In this document: positions 9,389 to 16,552 of the stretch, piece after piece | How positions within the stretch are numbered: position 1 is the stretch's first letter | How the letters are laid out: each line of letters opens with the position of its first letter | DNA from: a virus | Taxonomy: Duplodnaviria > Caudoviricetes | Direction: 5' to 3' (one strand) | IMG/VR virus record: IMGVR_UViG_3300024283_000011 | Location: 5,564 to 69,563 of that record | DNA: 64,000 nt | Notes under the pieces: generated by a model | Told to the model about the DNA's origin: nothing | Database searches by the model: none | The model's input: only the letters and a program-made list of their open reading frames with translations | Program-made: the position numbers and the translations under genes

Positions 9389-10230
9389 GCGGCCTCCGAT
9401 TCGGCTTCCATCTCGGCCGCGATCGGCGACTCGGCGGGCGTCTCTTCGATGTCGAATACTGGCCCGGCCACGCAGCGGCAATTGATCGGCGTCCCGGGCG
9501 TCGCGGTCTCACCATCGACGATGGGCGGCGAGTCCCAACGGAACGTCTGGCCGTCGAGTTCGGCGTGGCTGTCACGGACGCGCTCGTCCTCGGCGGTCTG
9601 CCACTCGAACTTCTCGATCCCCAGTTCGCGCTGGCGGACGTTGTTGAACGCCGCATTGAGTTTTCCGGTCTGATCGCGGGCGATCAGCGCCGCGCGCCGC
9701 TCCGTGATCTGGCCGATCTCCTGGACGCGGTCAACGATGGCGGACCACGGCTGGCCGGTCGCCCAGTTCTCGGTGATGTCCTCGCGCAGGCGGTCGAAGT
9801 ACTGCTCGGGGATCGACTCGATCAGGTCGACGTTCGCCCGGGCGGCGCGCGCCATCTCCATCGCGACCGGGCCTTCGCCGGTCAGCTGGGCGCGGATGTC
9901 GATGTTCAGCGACTGCTTGACGGACGCGGCGAGGCGCTCGTCGACGTCGTCCAGGTTCTTGCGGACCGCCGTGGCGGCGCGCGCCTTGGCGAACGCCCCG
10001 ATGTTGCCGAACTTCAGCTTCGCGTGCGTCAACAGGAAGTCGAGCCCGGGAGGCGCGGCGTCCGTGACGGTCGGCCACTGCGGCTTGATGGCCGCCAGAA
10101 TCTCGGCGCCCGCCGCCCGCAGATGGCCCACCAGCGCATGCAGCTGGCCGCGGTACCACAGTTCATTCCGCCGGCTTGGGCGCACCGCGCGCAGCAGTCG
10201 CGATCGTCTCTTTCGGAGGCGCGACGTCAT
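9385..10230 (-). CDS. Head morphogenesis protein (SPP1 gp7/Mu F family)
   Basis: RAALIARDQTGKLN, WQTAEDERVRDSH and PG.PINCRC motifs; start set at ATG 10230. Confidence 0.9.
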   Translation of the reverse strand: MTSRLRKRRSRLLRAVRPSRRNELWYRGQLHALVGHLRAAGAEILAAIKPQWPTVTDAAPPGLDFLLTHAKLKFGNIGAFAKARAATAVRKNLDDVDERLAASVKQSLNIDIRAQLTGEGPVAMEMARAARANVDLIESIPEQYFDRLREDITENWATGQPWSAIVDRVQEIGQITERRAALIARDQTGKLNAAFNNVRQRELGIEKFEWQTAEDERVRDSHAELDGQTFRWDSPPIVDGETATPGTPINCRCVAGPVFDIEETPAESPIAAEMEAESEAA

Positions 10231-10361
10231 GCCGTGGGTCGCCAGATGGCGGATGTGGAAGTGGAGCAAGCCCCTCAACGGTGGGGCAGACGGCTGCTAA
10301 CCCAAGTTTTCGAGGACGCGGAAACTCCAGATTTGAAGCTGTTGGCCCACTCTCTGAGGGC

Positions 10362-11837
10362 ATGGCGTTTCCTTGGCCTTGGGGATCTAGATCAAAGGCT
10401 GCCGCGGCTTCTGGCCCTGCGGCGCCCGTTGCGACCTCGGTTTCGGACGCCAAGCCTCGCATCGTCGACGGCCTGTCGAACGTGGTGGCCGGCCTCAACA
10501 CCGACCGCGACAAGCGCTTTTTCTCGAACTACGACGTCCCACTGGCGCAGAGCCGGGTCGACCTGGAGTCGATGTTCCGCGGCAGCTGGATCAGCCGCCG
10601 CATCATCACGACCGTGGCCGACGACATGACGCGCGCCGGCTGGCGGCTGAACTGGGACGGCTACGACGACGACGAGGACGGCGCCCAGGCGATCAAAAAG
10701 GCCGAGGCGGCGTTCGCCATCAAAGAGAAGGTGAACTCGGCGATTCGGTGGGCCCGGCTTTACGGCGGCGCCGTCATCCTGCTGGGCGTCGCCGGCGAGG
10801 AAGACCTCTCGCAGCCGCTGGACGTGGCCAAGCTGGGCAAGGACTGCCTGAAATACCTGCACGTCCTCGACCGCTGGCAGATCATCGGGAGTGCGGAACT
10901 GGAACGCGACATCAAATCTCCCAACTTCCGCATGCCCAAGTTCTATTCGATCGCCGACGCGTCGACCGACACGAACGAGACGAACATCCACTGGTCGCGG
11001 GTGATCCGCTTCAACGGCCAGCAGCTGCCTTACTTCCTGTGGGTCCAGAACGCCCGCTGGGATGACAGCGAGCTGCAGGCGCCGCTGGAGAGCGTGCGGA
11101 ACTACGACAGCGTGACGATGGGCGTCTCCTCGATGATCTTCGAGGCGAAGGTCGACATCCTCTCGATGGCTGGCCTGGCCGATCAGCTGGCCATGGACGG
11201 CGGCAGCGCCAAGGTCACGGCGCGGCTCATCGCCGGCATGACGATGAAGGGCATCAACCGCACGCTCGTCATCGACAAGGACACCGAGACCTATGAACAG
11301 AAGCAGATGCAGTTCTCCAGCCTGGACAAGATCATCCAGAGCTTCGTGATCGATCTCTGCGGCGCCTGCGACATCCCGGCGACGCGGCTCTTTGGGCAGT
11401 CGCCGGCGGGCCTGAGCGCGACGGGCGAGAGCGACATCCGCAACTATTACGATCACGTCAGCGCCCGCCAGGAGACCAACCTGCGACCGCAGCTGATGCG
11501 GCTCTACGAGGTCCTGGTGCGGCACTCGATTGGGTCGATGCCGGAAGACTTCGACATCGCCTTCGAGCCGCTGTGGCAGACGACCGACAAAGAGCGGGCC
11601 GAGATCGACAAGCTGCGCGCCGAGACGGACCAGGTCTACGTCTCCATCGGGGCGCTGACCGAGGGCGCGATCGCGCGGGAGTTGCAGGACCGGGACACCT
11701 ATCGGACGCTGACCGACGACGACGTCAGCATGGCCGAGGAACTGGCGAAGCAGCCGGACCCGGTGCCGGTGGCGCCGGTGGCAAAGGCGCCGGCGAACGG
11801 CGCGCCGAAGCCGCCCGTCGCGGCGACGCCCGCCTAA
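10362..11837 (+). CDS. Portal protein (DUF1073/HI1409 type), opposite strand to its module
   Basis: RRIITTVADDMTRAG, WARLYGGAVILL and DIPATRLFGQSPAGLSATGESDIRNYYD motifs; start set at ATG 10362. Confidence 0.9.
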   Translation: MAFPWPWGSRSKAAAASGPAAPVATSVSDAKPRIVDGLSNVVAGLNTDRDKRFFSNYDVPLAQSRVDLESMFRGSWISRRIITTVADDMTRAGWRLNWDGYDDDEDGAQAIKKAEAAFAIKEKVNSAIRWARLYGGAVILLGVAGEEDLSQPLDVAKLGKDCLKYLHVLDRWQIIGSAELERDIKSPNFRMPKFYSIADASTDTNETNIHWSRVIRFNGQQLPYFLWVQNARWDDSELQAPLESVRNYDSVTMGVSSMIFEAKVDILSMAGLADQLAMDGGSAKVTARLIAGMTMKGINRTLVIDKDTETYEQKQMQFSSLDKIIQSFVIDLCGACDIPATRLFGQSPAGLSATGESDIRNYYDHVSARQETNLRPQLMRLYEVLVRHSIGSMPEDFDIAFEPLWQTTDKERAEIDKLRAETDQVYVSIGALTEGAIARELQDRDTYRTLTDDDVSMAEELAKQPDPVPVAPVAKAPANGAPKPPVAATPA

Positions 11838-13231
11838 ATCACGTCGAACATCGAGCGGCCTTTCTGGCTGTTCCAGGCGTGGGCCAGCGCGTCCACCTGG
11901 TCGTCGTGGCGGTCGTTCACGCCCGTGAACTTGGCGAGCTCGTCGAGGAACGGCCCCAGCCACGCCGCGTCTGTCGCCGGCACCAGGAGGCGGCCGTCGT
12001 TCCACGCCGCCGCCACCGGCTGGGCGCGCGTGAACTTGTCGCCCTTGGGGTCGATCTCGTTGATGCGGAGGTCGCGGTTGATCTCGCGCAGCATCTGCGG
12101 AATGGCCTTGAACGCGCCCACGGCCTCGATGTTGATCGCCGTGTTGCCGTATGCCCGCTGCAGGCCCAGCAGATCCCGCGCGAACACCGGCATCGCCACT
12201 TGTTCCCGGTAGACCTTCAGGACGTGGCCGACGGCCTGCGCCCCGACGCCCTTGACGGCCAGCACCACCGCCGCACTATAATCGGCCGTCGTCTTCTTCG
12301 ACGCCGCCGGGTCGGCTGCCAGGATGATCCGCATGCCCGTGACGTTGAAGGTCAGCGGGTCGTAATAGTGCGGCTCCCCGAACACGGCGCCCCCGCGCGG
12401 CCGCGGCGCCCCCTGGTAGAGGGCGGCGAAGTTGAACTCGCCGATCGTCCGCCTGATCTCGTCCAGCTCGGCGGCGCTGAATCGTTCGGGCCAGAGCGGA
12501 TCGCCCGGCGCGCGGCCGAGTTGGTCGTTCTCCTCGGCGGCAGCCGGCAGGTTGATGACGGTCCAACCCTCGTCCTTGGCGAGGCGCCCTATCAGGTCGT
12601 CCTCGTGCCAGCGCGTGTGGATGACGAAGACGCTGGCACCTTCGAGCCGGGTCATCGCGACGGTCCGGAACCAGTCGTCAACGGCGTCGCGGTAGACCTG
12701 CGAGTAAGCGTCCACCGGGCCCTTGAACGGGTCGTCGACCACCAGGAGGCCGCTGATACCCTGGCCGGTGAGGCCGCCGCCCACGCCGCCGGCGAGGAGG
12801 CCACCGCCATCCGTGGTGCGCCACTCGGCCTTGTTGTTGGTCTCGTCGGACAGCTGGACGCCGGCGCGCGCGGTCAGCGCCCTGGCAAGCACGGACTTCG
12901 AAAGCGCCTGGGGGGCGTTGTAGCTGAAGTAGCCGCAGGTGTCGCCCGAGTTCTTGGCCAGCCACCACGCGAAGGCATGCAGCAGGAGCGTCGTCTTGCC
13001 GTGCCGGGGCGGCATCGACAGCAGCACCTTGCGCCGCTGGATGCGGCAGCGCTCGAGCTCGGCGATCAGCGGCTCGAAGTGCCGGGGCGGCGGGTGATGC
13101 GGGGACAGCCGGCGGATGAAGTCGGCCAGCGATTCGCCGCCGACCAGATCCTCCTGCAGTTCTAGGTATTCATCGCGCTCATCCTCGGTCAGCGCGTCCC
13201 ACTGCTCATCCGTCAGCGTCGCCGGGCTCAT
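11834..13231 (-). CDS. terL: Terminase large subunit
   Basis: Walker A SMPPRHGKT, LLVVDDP, TRWHEDDL, nuclease ADPA and HDDQVDA. Confidence 0.95.
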   Translation of the reverse strand: MSPATLTDEQWDALTEDERDEYLELQEDLVGGESLADFIRRLSPHHPPPRHFEPLIAELERCRIQRRKVLLSMPPRHGKTTLLLHAFAWWLAKNSGDTCGYFSYNAPQALSKSVLARALTARAGVQLSDETNNKAEWRTTDGGGLLAGGVGGGLTGQGISGLLVVDDPFKGPVDAYSQVYRDAVDDWFRTVAMTRLEGASVFVIHTRWHEDDLIGRLAKDEGWTVINLPAAAEENDQLGRAPGDPLWPERFSAAELDEIRRTIGEFNFAALYQGAPRPRGGAVFGEPHYYDPLTFNVTGMRIILAADPAASKKTTADYSAAVVLAVKGVGAQAVGHVLKVYREQVAMPVFARDLLGLQRAYGNTAINIEAVGAFKAIPQMLREINRDLRINEIDPKGDKFTRAQPVAAAWNDGRLLVPATDAAWLGPFLDELAKFTGVNDRHDDQVDALAHAWNSQKGRSMFDVI

Positions 13232-13634
13232 GTTCCCCGCTGGCGATACGCTGGACCACGAGGGCCGCCGCCTTCTCGGCGAGGGCGCGTTGCCGCGCTC
13301 GCTTCTCGTCGGACGTCAGTACGGCCCGTACGGTGATCGGGGCCGCGCCGTCCACGCCGGCGATCTCGTTGCGCTGTGCCGGCTTGCCCCATGCGCGGTC
13401 GAGGAGGATCTCGGCGGCGCGAACGGCCTGCGTCGGGGGGCCGTTGCGCATCATCCGGACCAGCTTCTCGACGGCTTCGGCCGAATGGTTTCTGGTGAGC
13501 TCTTTGAACTCGGCTAGCGTCTTGGGACGGCCGCCTGGGTTGCCGCTCTGCCCCTTCTGGAATCGGCGCCCGACCGGGGGCTTGCGCTTGCCCCCTGATC
13601 CGCCGCTGTTCTCAGGGGTTGGCTTGTCGCCCAT
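13206..13634 (-). CDS. terS: Terminase small subunit (DUF5681-type N-terminus)
   Basis: RFQKGQSGNPGGRPK motif and ILLDRAWGKP; overlaps the terL start. Confidence 0.8.
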   Translation of the reverse strand: MGDKPTPENSGGSGGKRKPPVGRRFQKGQSGNPGGRPKTLAEFKELTRNHSAEAVEKLVRMMRNGPPTQAVRAAEILLDRAWGKPAQRNEIAGVDGAAPITVRAVLTSDEKRARQRALAEKAAALVVQRIASGEHEPGDADG

Positions 13635-13643
13635 CGCCCCTTA

Positions 13644-13680
13644 ATTCTCGCGGCCTTACCGCCCGCCTCAAATCTCTAGA
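13644..13680 (-). promoter_or_regulatory. Repeated promoter motif, copy 2: TCTAGA-GAT-TTGAGG-N16-GAGAAT, before terS
   Basis: Read directly; begins right after the TGA of the upstream gene. Confidence 0.6.
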
Positions 13681-13899
13681 TCACTCCTCGCCCAGAAGCA
13701 GCACCGCCTCCGGGTGGTCGTTGCCGATCTTGGCCTGCTCCTCGGGGGTGAGCTTGCGGACGTAGTGGATCGGCGAGTCGGGGTGGTCGGGGCACCGCTG
13801 CTGGCCTGCCGCCATCTCGGTCAGGCAGATCGGGCACCGCCGCCAGGGGGTCGGCTTGGGGTTGAGGGCGGCTTTGGCTGCCTCGAATTCGGAGCTCAT
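13681..13899 (-). CDS. Small Cys/His (zinc-ribbon-like) protein
   Basis: CPIC-x9-CPDH in 72 aa. Confidence 0.55.
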   Translation of the reverse strand: MSSEFEAAKAALNPKPTPWRRCPICLTEMAAGQQRCPDHPDSPIHYVRKLTPEEQAKIGNDHPEAVLLLGEE

Positions 13900-13906
13900 G
13901 GTTGCC

Positions 13907-14647
13907 TCACGCGAATTGGAAGTGGGAGAGCATGACCGATGCCAGGAACGCCCGCCCGACGTCGTTGGGGTGGACCGCGCTCGCGTCTGGGTTGGTCAAC
14001 GGCCCGAGGATGGCGAGATGCCCCGGGTTGTTGGCCGCCTCGAAGGCGAACATCGGCGTCCGCAGGTCGATGTACTCGGCGCCGGCCGCCTGGGCGGTGG
14101 TGCGGATGATCGTGTCCTTGGCGTCGAGTTGCGTGTCGAACGGGTTCGCCCCCCGCGGCCAGTTCTCCTGGATGCACAAGGGGCCCGGCACGGCGATCTG
14201 GCATCCCGGGCACTGGGCCTGCGTCTGCGCCAGGATCGCCGCGTGGTTCGTGGTGCAGTTCCCGTCGGAGACGCTGTGCTGGACGCAGTTGACGCCCAGG
14301 AACGGGATGAACAGGTCAGGCTTGAAGGCCGCCACCTTGGTCGCGATCGACTGGGCGATCGTCCCGCCGTAGTTCGTGCGGAACGTCTCGCAGTCCTCGC
14401 CGGCGGTGCCGGCGTTGAACCAGGCGAACGAGGCCAGCGTTGACGCCGGCCCCTTGATGTTGACGGCCGGGAGCGAGCCCGCCGCGATGGCCGCAGCCTG
14501 CAATGCGTCCGCGAACCACGGTCCCGCGCCGCTGGCGTTCGGGGTCTTGGGCGCCACCCAGCAGAACGCCGACAGCGAATCCAAGCCGTACACGATCCGG
14601 AACGGCGTACCCGGAACCGTCGAGCTGTAACGTCTGACCGTGATCAT
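13907..14647 (-). CDS. SGNH/GDSL-type hydrolase
   Basis: Block I-like GLDSLS, block III LGVN, block V D..AVHPN; start set at ATG 14647. Confidence 0.7.
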   Translation of the reverse strand: MITVRRYSSTVPGTPFRIVYGLDSLSAFCWVAPKTPNASGAGPWFADALQAAAIAAGSLPAVNIKGPASTLASFAWFNAGTAGEDCETFRTNYGGTIAQSIATKVAAFKPDLFIPFLGVNCVQHSVSDGNCTTNHAAILAQTQAQCPGCQIAVPGPLCIQENWPRGANPFDTQLDAKDTIIRTTAQAAGAEYIDLRTPMFAFEAANNPGHLAILGPLTNPDASAVHPNDVGRAFLASVMLSHFQFA

Positions 14648-14817
14648 TGCGGGCACACCGTCCAGAGCAGCCAGTTCCACTGCGCGTTGTGGTTCACGGC
14701 GCCACCCACCTTGCCGACGATCCAGGTCCAGTAGGACTCGGTCGAGTTGCTGATCGGGAAGAGGCCGAGCCCTGACATCCCCTTGGGCTGGCCGCCGTTG
14801 ACGCAGAGCCAGTTCAT
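14644..14817 (-). CDS. Short ORF, possibly the frameshifted C-terminus of 14814-16214
   Basis: MNWLCVNGG continues the WDGT strand pattern of the upstream protein. Confidence 0.45.
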   Translation of the reverse strand: MNWLCVNGGQPKGMSGLGLFPISNSTESYWTWIVGKVGGAVNHNAQWNWLLWTVCPQ

Positions 14818-16214
14818 GTCCCGTCCCAGAGCGACTCGAGGTAGACCCACTTGTTGTCGACGGTCTCGTCGCTCAGGATGTACTGCTGGTTGCCGACGGC
14901 GTTCGACCCGACGCGCACCGAGTACTTGGTGGCGCTGCCGGGCCCATAGACGCCCATCCCGTGGCCCTGGGAGCCCATGAACGCGATCGTGTTGGCGTCG
15001 GGGGTGCTGACCATCCGGAACATGCAGGCCCGGTAGAAGCGGATATGGGGCGAGTTGAAGCCCGCCATCGGCGAGAAGTTGGTGCTGATCACTGGCAGCA
15101 CCTGCGCCTGTCCGCTGGTCGACGTGCCGGTCGACATGTCGACGATGCCGCCGATCGAGTTGACCGGATCGGCCGAGTCGCCCACCGCCGTCGACAGCAG
15201 GCCGCCCGATGTCAGAACGATCGACATGTCGGCGCTGCCCTCTGGAAAGTCCATCCACCAGACGGACTGCTTGTTCGTGCCGAGGAACGCGGCGGCGCGC
15301 GCCTTGTAAAACATGTCCGACGTCGCCGCCGGCATCGCGTTGACCTGGAACGCCAGGCGCTGGAGCGCGGCCTCGGTGTTCTTGGTCGGGAAGTAGCCGC
15401 CAACGTCCTCGATGCCGATCGTCGAGGCGCCCTTATTGTGGGCGGTGGAGGCGAGATCGGCGACCAGCGCGAACCCGCCGCCGGCGGACGAGGCGACCGC
15501 CGCCCAATCCGTGGCGTTCGTCCCGAATTTGTCCCACGCCGCGCTGCCGTCGGCCTTGTGGACGCGCGTCCCGATCGGCAGGGCCAGGCCGGGCGAAAGC
15601 GACGGGTCGGCCGTGACCGGCAGCGTGAAGCCGTCGCGGAACCACTGCCCGCCGTTGTGGCCGGCGACGATCTGAATGTTGTCGGGCGTGAAGGCGGTCC
15701 CCATCTTCTCCAGATAGAAGTTGGCGTGGACGCTCTCGACCCAGGCGCGCGTCCCGGTGGCGAGCGCCGTCGTGTCGAGGTTGACGAGTTGCTGGCCGCT
15801 GGTGTTGATGCTGTCCAGCGTGACGTCGGCGGTGACGGTGACCGTGATGGGCGGCGGCACCGGCGGTGAGTCGGCCGGGTCGATGCGCGGCTCGATCTCG
15901 ATGCGGAGGTAGCCGTCGTTCGGCCACGTCATCTCGCGCGGGCCCGGGAACGTGACGACCCACTCGGCCTGGTAGTGGCCGGCCGCGGCCACGTCGATCG
16001 CCTGCCAGTCATAGCGGACCACGCCGTTCGCGGCGTCGACCACGACGGCCGGGCCGCCCAGCAGCGTGCCCGAGCCATTCGTCAGCTTGAGCGACAGCCG
16101 CACCGTGGCGCCGGTCAGGTCCTGCGGCGTCTTGCCGTCGGTGCCCAGCAGCGTCGCCGTCAGGCTGGGGCTGGTGTCGAACTGCTTGAGGTTGAAGTCC
16201 TCGCGCCGGTTCAT
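14814..16214 (-). CDS. Fibre/tailspike-like structural protein with BppU-like N-terminal domain
   Basis: N-terminus DLTGATVRL...GVVRYDW...G.Y.AEW.VTFP; tailspike-like GGQWFR and DLAS....GAS.IG segments; start set at ATG 16214. Confidence 0.6.
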   Translation of the reverse strand: MNRREDFNLKQFDTSPSLTATLLGTDGKTPQDLTGATVRLSLKLTNGSGTLLGGPAVVVDAANGVVRYDWQAIDVAAAGHYQAEWVVTFPGPREMTWPNDGYLRIEIEPRIDPADSPPVPPPITVTVTADVTLDSINTSGQQLVNLDTTALATGTRAWVESVHANFYLEKMGTAFTPDNIQIVAGHNGGQWFRDGFTLPVTADPSLSPGLALPIGTRVHKADGSAAWDKFGTNATDWAAVASSAGGGFALVADLASTAHNKGASTIGIEDVGGYFPTKNTEAALQRLAFQVNAMPAATSDMFYKARAAAFLGTNKQSVWWMDFPEGSADMSIVLTSGGLLSTAVGDSADPVNSIGGIVDMSTGTSTSGQAQVLPVISTNFSPMAGFNSPHIRFYRACMFRMVSTPDANTIAFMGSQGHGMGVYGPGSATKYSVRVGSNAVGNQQYILSDETVDNKWVYLESLWDGT

Positions 16215-16549
16215 GCCAGCCTCGGCTTGATGACGATCCGAACGTAGCCGTCCTCGGGCCAGGTCAGGACGCGGCCGGTGGGGAGCGTGACGATCCACTC
16301 GGCGGCGAAGATGCCGGGCGTCTCGGTGTCGGCGGCCTGCCAGTCATAGCGAACGGTGCCGGTCGCCGGGTCGCCCGGGATCGAGCAGGCGCCGCCCAGG
16401 ATGCTGCCGGTCTTGTCGGCCCGCTGCATTCGGATCTTGGCCGTCGCACCCGTCAGGTCGATCGGCGTCATGCCGTCCTCGTGGAGCATCACCGCCAGCA
16501 GCGCCGGGGCGAGATCGAATTGGGCGAGGTGAAAGTCGGCGTTGCCCAT
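16211..16549 (-). CDS. Stand-alone BppU-like adaptor domain protein
   Basis: Clear paralog of the N-terminus of 14814-16214 (DLTGAT, RYDWQA.D, AEW.VT.P, TWP.DGY.RI.I.PR). Confidence 0.6.
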   Translation of the reverse strand: MGNADFHLAQFDLAPALLAVMLHEDGMTPIDLTGATAKIRMQRADKTGSILGGACSIPGDPATGTVRYDWQAADTETPGIFAAEWIVTLPTGRVLTWPEDGYVRIVIKPRLA

Positions 16550-16552
16550 GCG

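Noticed and set aside
10176-10361. ORF-track N-terminal extensions (portal from 10176, and similar ones for many early genes)
   Set aside because: They overlap neighbouring genes or promoters; downstream starts give ATGA/TGATG coupling or a ribosome-binding site.
10231-11840. Portal as a recombinase-switched invertible segment
   Set aside because: I saw no inverted repeats at the two boundaries, and the right boundary is an overlap of two stop codons; looks like a fixed inversion.
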